From: the human T2T-CHM13v2.0 reference genome, Homo sapiens
Strand: one strand, 5' to 3'
Assembly: GCF_009914755.1 (NCBI RefSeq)
Contig: NC_060948.1
DNA: 64,000 nucleotides
Shown: positions 1 to 12,593 of the stretch, in pieces
How the letters are laid out: the number at the start of each line of letters is the position of its first letter
Position numbering within the stretch: the first letter of the stretch is position 1
The notes under the pieces: model-generated
Database searches by the model: none
What the model was told of the DNA's origin: nothing
The model's input: only the letters and a program-made list of their open reading frames with translations
Position numbers and translations under genes: made by a program

Positions 1-2453
1 CCCTACAGGGTGATTGGCGTGCTCCATTTCCTGTCCTTTCTGAACGACCAAGGTTTGTTTTTCTGAGGGACATGACTAATGCTGTGGCCTTTCCCTATTC
101 TCACTTTTCCTTTTCAGCCTGTCCCTCTTGGTCCCTACTATAGAACAGCGATGTTGCCAGATTTAATAATGCCTCCAGATTTTGTTCAGGGCCCAGGGCT
201 CACTTTTGGAGCTGTCTCCTGATATCTGCAGCTGATTGGTAATAAACTTATCTTTTAAGATCAGTTGACCCTTGAATGAGTCAGGTGACAGGGGAGCATA
301 TTTTCTTATGGCCTCCAGCAGCCACTCAAAGAAGGCAGAAGGATTTTCTTCCTTTCCCTGAGTTATGGTGGACATCATTGAATAATTCATGGGCTTTTTC
401 CTAATTCTCCTTAGTCCTTCTAGAATACAGGTCAGCAGATGTTTATGACTGCAGTCCCCATGATTTGAGTCTAGGTCCTGGTGGGGATCCATACTGGGGT
501 TGGCTTGTTGACTGGTTTAGAATTTGTCCCTTTCTTCAGCTGTCATTCTAGCATTTACTTGACCAAGATATCAGGTATCTCCAAACTCTTGGGCTGCAGC
601 TAAAGCCACATTATTTTCATTAAACGCCAGGGTTTGGTCTAACAAAAGCATGACATCTATCCAATTGAGGTCAAAGATTTGCCCTAGACCATGTAGGACA
701 TCTATATAACTATCAGGATCATCTGAAAACTTCCGCAGATCTACCTTGATCTGCTTTAAATCAGAGAGGAAGAAGGGGACATGTACCCAGGTTGGGCCAA
801 ATTCCCCTCCCCCTACAGCTTGAAGGGACATAACTGATACCCCAGGGGCTTTTGTGGTCCCTTGGAGATTTCTTTGCTTGCTTCCTTCTGGGTGGGGGAT
901 ATTAGAGGAGGCTTATCATTAATAGGAAGTGGAGCTGTAGGAAAGCTAGAATATGGAGGTAAGTTGAGAAGTCCTCCTTTGGGATGTAAATTGTAAGTTT
1001 TGCATAGTTGTGGATTCACCTTCAATGAAAAGAAAGCTTGGACTTAAGGTATTTCCCTCCATTTGTCTTCCCTCTTAAAGGAAAGGTCAAGCCGTAGGAT
1101 AGTATTGTAATGTATACTTTCCTCAGGTTGCCATTTTTCCACATCAGAGAGAATATTGGGGCCAGGCTGTAATGCAGAAAATAATAAGCCACTTTTTTTC
1201 AGGGTTTGTGCGTCTAATTGGTTACAGTGGCTTAGGATGCATTTCAAGGGTGAGCCTGTTGATGCCTGTTTCCCATCTGGAATAAAAATCTGCCTGCAGT
1301 TTTGTTTTGTTTGCCTCCCCAAGAACCCACAACAGTCCCTGGGCCCTGCTGATCAGAATAGTTGCACTCACCAAAGCAACTGCAGAAACACTACTTTATT
1401 TCCTAGACCACAAAGAGGACTGAGGAAGGTTGGATTTAGTGGCCCTTACCGACATATTCTCAAAAACCTGCAACTTTGCCTTTCCTCTTAGACCACAAAG
1501 AGGACCAAGAAAAATCGGGTTTAGTGGCCTTTACTGAAGCATTCTTGAAAACCTGTAAGAGTCCTGAGCATTATCCTGTTAGTGTTGGGACCTTACCCTT
1601 GTCCTATGAAGATGATATGCCTGAAAATGGAGGGGAGGGCCATAACCTGAAGGAAAGAAGAGATCTCCAGGGTTGGAAGAATGGCAGTTTTGTTCTCACT
1701 TCTCATCATATGAATAGGAAGGATAAAATTTCTGAGGCTCCTCCTATCCTATCTTTGGGAATAGCCTTTGTTAGAACTACTAGTCTGAGGAGGCATCCTA
1801 AAAGGATAGATGGCATTCCAGATAGACTCCCTGCCAACAAAGGGACTTGGGCAAAAATTATATCTTTCTGATTGGTGAGTCTGGGCGCCTAAAAAAATGA
1901 ACAGAGTCCTGAAATTTATACTAGAAATTATTCTAATAGGAGAAACTAGAAAAGCACTAGAGATGAGAGTGGTTTTTGGAAGCAGGACTAGCCTTGGAGA
2001 AGAGAGGCAGGAGGAAGTTTTTCTGACAGGTATTAAGACCCAGGAAGCAAGGGTTAGGATAGATACATTAGATGGGTGAGTCTCGTTTGGGCAATGTGAT
2101 TTTGAGAGTTCCACTCATGGCTGCAGGGTCAACCAACTTTTTTGGGAACCCAGAGCTGAATGGCTTTCCTCTCTCTTGACCCTTGGATCAGTCTGGAAGT
2201 ACAGGAATAGTGAAAGCTGGTTCCAGGCAAACCAACATTCCCATATCCAAAGAGTTGGGGATTGTTAGAGAACCTTTTCCCAGAAAGCCTGACACCCATG
2301 TCTTTAGTTCAATGGCTGTGGTAGTCACTTTTAACTGGCTGACAGTTGCCTGGTGTTTAGCCCCCAAATTCCAAGGAAAATAGGACAGAATAGCAAGCAA
2401 AAGGGGTCCAACAGTACTCACTGTGTGGTGATATCCTGGATGAGCACCAAAGA
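1..2453 (-). mobile_element. ERV9 (HERV9)-type proviral internal region: leader and decayed gag, continuing off the left window edge
   Basis: Minus-strand ORF fragments 163-492, 571-831, 813-1025 and 1044-1322 resemble HERV9/HERV-W Gag (GSPLKCILSH, HVPFFLSDLKQIKVDLRKFSDDPD, ITQGKEENPSAF). The region abuts the LTR at 2454. A ~75-bp leader repeat occurs at ~1400-1470 and ~1485-1555. Confidence 0.85.
2433..2450 (-). promoter_or_regulatory. Primer-binding site of the ERV9-like provirus, tRNA-Pro-like
   Basis: Minus strand TTGGTGCTCATCCAGGAT lies just after the LTR end and matches the tRNA-Pro PBS TGGGGGCTCGTCCGGGAT at 14/18 positions. Two of the mismatches are CpG-type transitions. Confidence 0.6.
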
Positions 2454-2880
2454 TGTGTCTGGAGTTAGTTCCTGCCTGTGGATTTGTGATCTCACTAACT
2501 TCAAGAATGAAGCCATGGACCTTTGCAGTGTTATAGCTCTTAAAGGTGGCATGGACCCAAAGAGTGAGCAGCTGCAAGATTTACTGTGAAGAGTGAAAGA
2601 ACAAAACTTCCACAGCATGGAAGGGGATGTGAGTGGGTTTCTGCTGCTGGCTGGGGTGGCCAGCTTTTATTCCCTTATTTGTCCCTGCCCATGTTCTGCC
2701 AATTGGTCCATTTTACCTAGTGCTGATTGGTCCATTTTACAAACCTCTATCTAGCTACAGAGCACTGATTGGTGCATTTTTACAGAAAACTGATTGGTGC
2801 ATTTTACAAACATCTTGTAAGACAGAAAAATTCTCCAAGTTCCCACTCGACCCAGGAAGTCCAGGTGACTTCACCTCTCA
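2454..2880 (-). mobile_element. LTR12-family (LTR12F-like) 5' LTR
   Basis: On the minus strand it starts TGAGAGGTGAAG and ends CAGACACA. Repeated ctgattggt (CCAAT/NF-Y) units at ~2700-2810 are typical of LTR12. Confidence 0.85.
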
Positions 2881-3232
2881 ATACCAATCTTTACGTTTTT
2901 TATGTTCTGGTCCCAGGAATCTTTCTTTTCTACTCCCAGACCATTTTATCTTTTCTGGAAAAAAAGTATTTGGGTTTCTAGTAGGGCATCCATCCAAAGA
3001 ACTCAGATTGCTTTGTCAATCTTTATCTTAATTGGCTTCAGCATTGCTCCAGGCAATGCCAGTTTTTCACTGTGTTTTACCTTTTGATTTTTCTTAAATT
3101 TCCTTAATATGGTGCAAATAGTAGAAAACTATCTTTTGGGTTTTTTTTTAATGTTGGGGTACCAAAAGGGGTTCCCCTTGGTCCACTCAGCCTTTGATAT
3201 TATTGTAAATACCTTTGTTTTGACCCTATCAA

Positions 3233-3547
3233 TTTTTATGTATGTATGTATGTATTTTTGAGATGGAGTCTCACTCTGTTGCACAGGCTGCAGTGCAGTA
3301 GCATGATCACGGTTCACTGCAACCTCCATCTCCATGTTTCAAGGAATTCTGCCTCAGTCTACTGAGTAGTTGGGACTACAGTTGCATGCCACCATGCTCG
3401 GCTAATTTCCTTTTTTTTTTTTTTTAGTAAGTAGAGACAGGATTTCATTGTGTTAGCCGGGATGGTCTTGATCTCCTGAACTCATGATCCACCTGCCTTG
3501 GCCTTCCAAAGTGATGAGATTACAGGTGTGAACCACAACACCAAGCT
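3233..3547 (-). mobile_element. AluS-type SINE with a (TATG)n-derived tail
   Basis: Reverse-complement Alu (gagatggagtctcactctg...gattacaggtgtgaaccac). Confidence 0.9.
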
Positions 3548-4606
3548 TCATTTTATTTATTAATAACCATTTAAAAGATTTCTACCCACCTTCCAGAGCA
3601 AGTCCTTTGATTTTCTTTCCCTTTCCAATTTCATTGTTATTGTTATTCATCTTAATGTTTTATTAAGCATCTGTAGGAAACAGGAGGTAGAGCAAATTTA
3701 AAAAGTCTTCTTAAGTAGTTGTATGATTTGGAAGGAGTAATGTCACATGAGATGCCCATGTGAAAGGGGCCTTCTTAACCCCAGCATTTAGTATGACATA
3801 GGTAATAGGCATATTCAGTGGGACCATATACAGTCATCATAAACCTAGTCCCATATGGCTTGCATGGGAAGCATATTAATTTGTTCATCTGGGTTGCTCC
3901 ACTTGACATTTTATTAGGGAGAATTGGACAGTTGCCTTCTAAGGATCAATGAACCTTATGGTGGCATTTATCCAATCCAGTGGCTGGTTGTTCTCTTAGA
4001 ACTAGACTCCTGTGCATCTGTGTCCCGTATACTCATTAGTAATTGTTTAATATAGTGCGTTGTGGATCATGGATCAACCAAACAAGCTCCTTCATTCTGT
4101 AGGATTTAAAATTAAGGACACTGTTTTTAAAATTATTTTTAGAATCCATTATAGTAAAGGTTTTTCATGAAGCTAATGATACCAATCTACAAAATGTAAC
4201 AATTTCTTAACATTACACTCTCTGATTTTAATGGTAGCTTAGTTTTGTCCTTCCCTCACATTGACTATATTTTTGGTAACTATAGGTTTCAGATGTAATT
4301 TTTTTTTGCTCGTTTAATTTTCCTTCCTAGGAGTAGCTAAGAATCCACTCAACATTCTTTAGTCTCATCTTGGCTATTCTAAATAATAACCAAGGGATCA
4401 AATCAAATTTTCACTTTTTCCTTATTAGTTTGCATTTGCTTATGCATTCAGTGAACTAATTCCCTGAGAGTATGAGTATGATCCATCTCTTAATTCCAGT
4501 GGTAAAATTTGCCTTTAGTGACTGAAGGCAGCCCAGCTGCAGTTCCATGCTGTGAGTGATCACAGGGCCACCCAAGGGTCAAAGTTTCTAATTTCCCACC
4601 CTTTTA

Positions 4607-4687
4607 TTAGGTTAGTGCGATAGTAATTGTGGTTTTTGCCATTACTTTCATATGGCAAAAAGCACAATTACTTTTGCACCAAGCTAA
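4607..4687. mobile_element. MADE1 (Hsmar1-derived mariner MITE)
   Basis: 81-bp near-palindrome ttaggttagtgc...gcaccaagctaa with TA target duplications at 4605-4606 and 4688-4689. Confidence 0.9.
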
Positions 4688-5323
4688 TATTTTTCTCTAT
4701 ATCCATTTAGTTTTATTTATATATATTTTTAATTTTAGAGTGACTTTTAAGGAGCCTCTGAACTATAAAAATGACATTTTCTTCAGCAAAAAAACACTTA
4801 TGTTTTATAACTTTACTAAATCCACATCTAGCTGTCCTACTATTCTAATTCTTAGTAACCCAGATTCCCAGTGGAAAACCTATGATTACTTATTTTAAAT
4901 ATAAAATGACTTTAAAGATGTAAATTACTAGAGATAATAAAGATTGAATTTACCAAATTAATCTTACCAGAGATTACCAAAGTCAAGTAAACTAAAAGAC
5001 ATTAATCAAGATAATGTTTATCCATCTGATAAACATTCACATTATTTAAACCAATTAATTAGAGCTTTTTCTATAGTTTGGTAGTGAAATATTAAACATA
5101 ACATATATACACATGTAGATAAAATAGACATATAGATAGAGGCAAATTGTATAAGATTTTTTATTTGCCTATTTTTAAAAATCTTTTTTACTTCAGACTG
5201 TTATTGTTACAAAATATTACAGGAGTAAACACAAGATGAAGGAGAAAACTTACTATCCTAGGCCTTCTCAAATGAGAGAAAAAGCTGAAGAAGCAGGGCA
5301 CAGAAGTCAAACTTCTCAGATAT

Positions 5324-5910
5324 TGATACAGGAGCTAAAAAAATTATTTGGGCAGATACTAGGGTAACAGAGTCTTCAGCAACATTTCCCTTTTAACAAA
5401 AATTGACCCCCAAATCATTCATTTTCTAACAAAGAGCATCCTGAAGAGTAAAGCTGAAGATGTAGTTAAGCAAGCTGGACGACGGCACATAGGAATACCA
5501 GCAGCTGTGCCAATAGAAAAGGGCTATCTGAAAGTCAGGTATGTTCAACATGTGTACAGTAAAAAAGTAGATAACAAGGCAGAGAACTAACCTGCATAAT
5601 AAAAGATTAGGATTGGGCTGGCCAGCTTCCTCACATGTTATGCAAATTGTGTACATGGTTCAACCAATCTTTCACACCTTATGTCTGACAACTCCTTAAG
5701 ATAGTCTATAAAACCTTGTGAATTTCACCACAGAACTGGAAACTCATTTTATCTGGGACCCTTCTCTCTGCAGCAGAGAGAAATTTTCTCTTTCTTTTGA
5801 CTATGAAAACTTCAGCTCTGAACCTCACCCTGATGTGCCCATGTTTTAGTTTCCCATGGCTATGAGACAACAAATCTCAGGTATTACCCCAGATGAATGA
5901 CACTGCCTCA
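5324..5910 (+). mobile_element. Solo LTR9-like element (HUERS-P3 family)
   Basis: Starts TGATACAGGAGCTA and ends tattaccccagatgaatgacactgcctCA. Imperfect 4-bp TSD atat/ataa. Confidence 0.7.
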
Positions 5911-5995
5911 ATAACAAACTGAAAAATTTCAAAAAGAAACAGATTATACAATTAAAAAATTAAAAGCTTCTTTCCTTAACAGATCAAATACTTCT

Positions 5996-6210
5996 GGCCA
6001 AGCACAGTGGCTCACCCCTGTAATGCTAGCACTTTGGGAAGCCAAGGCAGCTGGACTACCTGAGCTCAGCCATTTTACACCAGCTAGGAAAAGATGGCCA
6101 AAGCCTTTCTCTACCAGCCTGAGAGGCAGAGGTTGTAGTGAGCCAAGATCACAGAAACAGTGAAACTCTGTTCCAGAAAACAAGCAAACAAACAAATAAG
6201 TAAACAAAAA
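5996..6210 (+). mobile_element. Rearranged Alu: left-arm 5' part, non-Alu filler, right-arm 3' part
   Basis: ggccaagcacagtggctcac...ctgagctcag, then ~48 nt unrelated to Alu, then ctgagaggcagaggttgtagtgagcc and an A-rich tail. Confidence 0.75.
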
Positions 6211-6980
6211 GGTGTCAAATATTTTTAACAAAACCTTGTTCTAACCAATTATTTTTTTTGTATTGTGTATTTTTAAAATCAGTCATTTTTAGATTATTAA
6301 TCTTTGTATTTAATTATAGCTATCTTAATCATGTAACTTTTTTATAAATTCAATTTTTAATAACGTTTTATGACTTACGCAAACCATTCACAATATGCCT
6401 GGACTTTTGGGTTTGTCCTGAACATCTCTCTTTGAAAACCAGTCATTTTATTTTAGTGCAAAAATTTGCCATTAAAGACTCTTTTTTATTAAAATTATTT
6501 TTCTTTTAATCTTTCTTACCAAAAATACCTCCCCATATCTATAGCTTTATTTCTATTTTATTTCCTTGTTACTTTTACTTCATTTTGTACATAACCTTAG
6601 AATTGGACACAATTATTTACCTTTAATAAGAACATATTTTTAGCAATATTTTTCTATAATTTTTAATTGAAAATTACCCAGATATTTAGTTAAATATCTG
6701 CTATTTAACATTACTTCAGGTTCTAAATTATGATGTTTACAAACATTTATTCCATGACATTTACCTAATTATTTTATTTTAATAGTTTATTTAGATTATG
6801 ACAACTATGATAGTCATCAATTGAACGTTATTTCTTTGTCAACCATTTTTATAGCCTGTTAATTTCAGGTGTTTACTTAAGTAAAATATGTGGTTATTTT
6901 TACCAATACCTCAAGATTTAGCTTTTTAGCTTTTTCCACTAACTAACAATATTAAATGTTTTATCAAAAATTACACAAGC

Positions 6981-7110
6981 CACCAGGCCTGGCAGCTAAT
7001 GCCTGTAATCTAAGAACTATGGGAGGCAGAGGTTGCAGTGAGCCAAGAGTGCACCACAGCTTTCCAGTTTGGGCAACAAAATGAGACTCTGTCTCAAAAC
7101 AAAACAAAAC
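6981..7110 (+). mobile_element. Internally deleted, monomer-length Alu
   Basis: Alu 5' end is joined directly to the right-arm 3' end. Perfect 15-bp TSD aaaaattacacaagc at 6966-6980 and 7111-7125. Confidence 0.8.
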
Positions 7111-10100
7111 AAAAATTACACAAGCAAAGACTGTTCTGTTTTTGACTGGGTTTATAGTTTTATAACCCATTGCCAAATTTATACACCATATAATATTTGA
7201 CAAGAATAGGCATAAAATCACTTGATTAAAAAATGCAAAAAATGCTGACAATTCTTAAGACATTTCTATTATTACTTCACCAATAATTTTAAAGCCAGCT
7301 ATTTATCAGAATTTTCTGAAGTCATATGCACTTAGATGTGTTTGGGCTTATTATTTACTAAATGTATGAGTACTCCTTAACTCAAGCCAATTTGGTAACT
7401 TGTGGCCACTAAGAACCTAACAGAATACATGTATGTACATGTAAACACGCATGAATATCCATAGAAATTCATAGAAAAATCCTACAGCTTTTATTTCAGA
7501 ACTCTCACCATGAGATACCACAAACTTATCAGTTACAAAAAAAGTTTAAAACAAATGGTGGGTTTTTGCTTTTATCTCAACACTGGTGGAAAAGCAACAG
7601 CAGACTTAACCAGAAGAGAAAGTGGAGAGATAGACACAGAACTTAGAAACTTTCTAGTGGCAGGTTGATCTTCAGGCTCTGAATTTTCCTTGATGTAGTT
7701 TGTCCATCAGTTTAAAATGTGCACAAGAGCAGACCTAATGTGTAAGCAGCTGGAGTGCCAGAAACCCTGGAAGGTCCTCCCATTTACATCACCATTTGAA
7801 GGTACAGGTGCCATAAAACCAAAGGGGGTGCCTGAAAGTGAGTCATTCTCCTGGTCTTTTCTCATTCTTAGATAATTTGTTTTCCAGTTTTTTTCTTAAA
7901 AAGAAGAACTGAGCTGTGTTGTAGGGCTTAGTGTGATGGGTCAAAGTTTGCTGGTTGTGGGTGTGACTCAATAGTGTGTAATGACTGAATCATTTTCACC
8001 CTCTTACATATCTCAGTTTATCTATCCAGAGTTCTAGCACCTTCGAGACAGTCCAAAGCGTATAATGATCAGCTCCTCTCTGTGCCTCCTGGATGAGCCT
8101 TTTTAAACTAAGTTGATGATAGTTCCCTGTAGGGCCACTGCATATCACTGGGGTTCAACCCCACAGACACTCCTTCAATACCTTCAGTCACCAAGGGGCA
8201 ACTTACAGCTGGGAGGAGCAAATGCCCTTGCTCTTCAGAGCTGAGGAAACTCAGTCTCTCATTTACCTGTGAAAACAATAGTTCAGCCCCTCACACAAAT
8301 GTGCACACACGTCAAATTGAGATGAATTTTGGAAGGAAAGGCAATAGAGAAGACTCTTCAGAATGCTTTTCTGAGCTAGAATTAGGATTCTAAACAATAA
8401 CTTCCTAAGAGGGGGAAAAAAGTCTTCGACCACTTTCTGTAAACTCTCCTCAGTCACTCCTAACTTTATAGCTCTTATCTGCCATTACACATGCCAAGGT
8501 CAAATCCTCTCACAGTACAAGATAATCTCTAGCCAAAGAGGCCAGGCAATGTAATACAAGAAAGCAGAGCTTTAGACTTAAGAAGAATCTCCCATGACTC
8601 TTGAAACTTCACCAACATCACCCCAAAAAGAGATAAGTGGAGTTTTGTTCAGAGTTCTTTAAGGTGTTTGAGGCACTAGAAACCTTCTCTAAATTTCTCA
8701 TTTCTCTTAGTATCAAAGATGGCAAAAAGGAAAGGAAGGGAGGAATGAGGTGAAAGAAAAGTAAACAAGAAAGCAGTTCTTTTTTAAGACAAGAAGCAAA
8801 CACGGAGGGTCCAACAGCCTCCCTGTCTGTCAGCTCACCATCACTGGGGCTTGTCAAGGCTGTAAACATCTGAGGGGTTTCTATCCTTGCTGCTGTTTTC
8901 TGGTGATCTCAATTAAAATCAAGATGCAGCATATCCCTCTCAAAACCCTTCAGTTGATACAGTGGCAGATCATGGTGGACAAGAGACAGGACTATATTAA
9001 AGCTCCCTCTCTGGCAGACACAGCAGTGTGTGGAGGGTCACATCATGAATTTTTGCTCCAGAATGACTACAGAAATAATTCAGGAAACCTGGGAGGATCC
9101 ACAGACCCTCTGAAGGAAGTTGATTTCTCCCACAGGACCTGGGAGACACTGAAAATACTGTTTAGTGCCCAAACTCTGGAAGTGAGAAAGTGATACTATC
9201 CACTCCCAAACACACATCCCCACTGGAAAAACTGAAGGTCTAGATACAAGAGAAGATTCTGACCTTACCTGGAACTGAGTCAATTTAGAGGGTAAAGCAA
9301 AATACAGGGGTAAAGGAAGCAGTCAGAAAAGCCCTGTGAACTCAATGAGCCCCCTAACAAACCATTTCTGCCTGCCCTCACAGGAGTCCTTTGAGGGGAT
9401 GGCCAGAGGCACTGCGAAAAGGACACAGGGAGAAAAAAATGTCCAGTTGAACTGTGTAGCAATTTAAATTGACCCAGAAATCTCCTGGCCAGAACTCAGA
9501 GGAGGATGTGAATCTTGTATGCAGACTCCACAGACAGGGGATGAAGGAAAGCAATAATTACTTTCAGAGCTGGGAGGTGGGTAGCCTCAGACAAGTTCTC
9601 AGCCCTACTTGCCCACTGCCTGGAAACAGTCTTGGTGATAATGGGGAAGGCATGGTGGGAGTGAGAGTGGCCCTTTAGATTGCATGGGAGCTGGGTGAGG
9701 CCTGTGACTGCCACCTTTCCCTGACTTTCTTGACAACCTGCATGACAAAGTAGAGACAGCCATGATCCTCCCAGAAATATAACTCCATTCACCTGGGAAC
9801 TTCATCCCCATCCCACACCACAACAGCAGAAAGACCCATCCAAGGAGAATCTGAGCTCAGACACATCTAGCCCTGCCCCCACCCAGTGGTCCTTCTTTAC
9901 TCACCCTGGTAATAGAGGACAAAGGGCATATACTTTAAATGTCTAGGGCTCCACACACCACCTATTCCTCCCCATACTACCACAGCTGATGCTCTCTGGA
10001 AAGGACCACCTCCAGGCAGGAGGCCAATCAGCATAAAAATAATGCATTAAACTACCAAAGCTAAGAACCCTAAAACCCCTGCTACCTTTGCTGAAACAAG

Positions 10101-10303
10101 TGCTGGTATCCATGGCTGAGAGAACCACAGACAATTCACATCCCAGGACTCTAGGCAGACAATGCCTGGTACCAGTGAAGAGCCCAGGAGACTTGCTGGG
10201 TGGCTAGGCATAGAAGAGAGATAACAATCATTAAACTGAGCTCTCAGGAAGCCACATCCATAAGAAAAGGGGGAGAGTAGTACATCAAAGGAACACCCCA
10301 TGG

Positions 10304-10815
10304 TGCCAAGACCAGCTCAGTCAGGGAGACCCTAACCCACTGGCACTAGAGGAACAAAAGACACACACACAGAAATACACAAGTGTAGAGTGGGAAATCA
10401 GGGGTCTCAGCCTTTAGAGCTGAGAGCCTTGAACAGAGATTTACCCACATATTTGTTGACAGCAAGCCAGTGATAACCATTGTTTCTACAGATTATAGAT
10501 TAACTAAAGGTATTTCTTTTGGGAAATAAAGGGATGGGCCGAAGTAAAGGGATGAGTTTGGCTAGTTATCTGCAGCAGGAACATGTCCTTAAGGCACAGA
10601 TGGCTCATGCTATTGTTTTTGGTTTAAGAATGCCTTTAAGTGATTTTCCACCCTGGGCAGGCCAGTTGTTCCTTGCCCTTATTCCAGTAAGCCCACAACC
10701 TTCCAGCGTGGGCATCATGGCCATCACGAACATATCACAGTGCTGCAGAGATTTTTTTTTTTATGGCCAGTTTTGTGGCCAATTTATGGCCAGATTTGGG
10801 GGCCTATTCTCAACA
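10304..10815 (-). mobile_element. Solo MER9 LTR (HERV-K HML-3) inserted in the L1PB1 5'UTR
   Basis: Minus strand TGTTGAGAATAGGCCCCCAAATCTGGCC...GGTCTTGGCA. Perfect 6-bp TSD ccatgg at 10298-10303 and 10816-10821. Confidence 0.9.
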
Positions 10816-11980
10816 CCATGGGACAGAAGAATCTGAATAACAGCTTTCAGCCCTAGACTCTCTCTGACTGAGCTTACCCAGATAAGAATGAATGAGAAAA
10901 CAAACTCTGATAATATGACAAAACAAGGTTATTTAGCACCCCCAAAAATTACAGTAGCTCACTAGCAATGGATCCAAGCCAATAATAAATTCCTGATTTA
11001 CCTGAAAATGAATTCAAGAGGTTAGTTATAAAATTAATCAGGGAGCCACCAGAAGACAAACCCCAATGTAAAGATATAGAAAAATACAAGAAACGAAAGG
11101 AGAAATATTCAATGAAATAGATAGCATAAATTTTAAAAAATAAAAACTTCAAGAAACAACAGATAAACTTATAGAAATGTAAAATGCTTTGGAAAGTCTC
11201 AGTAATAGAATCAAACAAGTAGAAGAAACAAATTTAGAGCTTGAAGACAAGGTATTTGAATTAACCCAATCCAACAAAGACAAAGAAAAAAGAATAAGAC
11301 AATATGAACAAAACTTCCAAGAAGTGTGGGATTATGTTAAATGACTAAACTTAAGAATAACTGGCATTTCTGAGGAAGAAATCTGAAAGTTTGGAAAATA
11401 CATTTGGGGGAATAATTGAGGAAAACTTCCCCAACCTTGTTAGAGACCTAGACATCCAAATACAAGATGAACAAAGAACACTCAGGAAATTCATCACAAT
11501 AAGATCATCAGCCAGACATATTGTTATCAGGTTATCTAAAGTTAAGATGAAGGAAATAATCTAAAGGGCTGTGATATTAAAGCATCACATAACATGTAAA
11601 TGAAAACCTATCAGATTAACAGCAGATTTCTCAGCAGAAACCCTGCAAGCCAGAAGGGATGAGGTCTTATCATCAGCTTTCTTAAACAAAGCAATTAGGA
11701 GTGAAGAATTTTATATGCAGAAAAATTAAACTTCATAAATGAAAGGAAAGGTACAGTGTTTTTCAGATAAACAAATGCTGAGAGAATTCACCACTACCAA
11801 CCCAGCACTATTAAGAACTGCTAAAGGAGGTCTAAATCTCATAACAAATCCTGAAAACACATCAAAACAGGACCTCTTTAAAGCATAAGTCTCACAGGTC
11901 ATATAAAACAAAAATACAATTTAAAAACAATAACAAAAAAGGGGTACCATCAAAAAATAGCACAATGAATGAAATGGTAC

Positions 11981-12593
11981 TGTTGCAGGAATTAAGGGAT
12001 AGGAAAGACCAATGGGTGAAATAGGATTAAAAAAAGCCTAGACCACTTTCTGTAAACTGGAGGATTTATTTAGGTGCACTGGCCCAGTGGATTAACATCC
12101 AGAAGCTGAGCCTCAAACAGAGACAGGGCTTAACTTTTATACATGCAACTGAAGGGGGTTGTTGAACCAGTGGCAGGAAACTTGCAGGCAGTGTGGGCAA
12201 GCAAGCTTACAGAAGCAGAACAAACGCAGTTCATCGAACAGTGACAGGTGCTGCAACTTAGTCATGTCTCATGACCTTCACCATACTGCAGGTGGGAAAA
12301 CAGGAACTTACAAAATCCTTGCAAACTTGCAGAAGTAATTACAAAAATAGTTATGAGAGCAGAACAAAGAATAATGGTATGGGGAGGGATTTCAAAGAGG
12401 GGATACTGATAAGAAAAACTTGTTTTTCTCATCCCTGCTCCTGAAGGCCATTCTTTCTGGGCCTCAGCTCTGCTGATAGTGCTGTCAGAATCCTGCTACA
12501 GTCTTGTTTATCACTGGGCCTTAGAGAGTGAGTTAGCCTAGTATAGAATACTTGTTTTGTTTTGTTTTCTTCTTTTTTACATCTCCTGCTTCA
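11981..12593 (-). mobile_element. Solo LTR (possibly LTR62/LTR64-like) inserted at the start of L1PB1 ORF2
   Basis: TG...CA termini (minus TGAAGCAGGAG...CCTGCAACA) with a minus-strand TATA-like box and AATAAA. It interrupts L1 sequence; flanks are gtac/gtat. Family assignment is uncertain. Confidence 0.6.

Noticed and set aside
1395-1555. ~75-bp direct repeat resembling a repeat-spacer unit
   Set aside because: Only two diverged copies inside the ERV9 leader; not CRISPR-like, and the context is eukaryotic.
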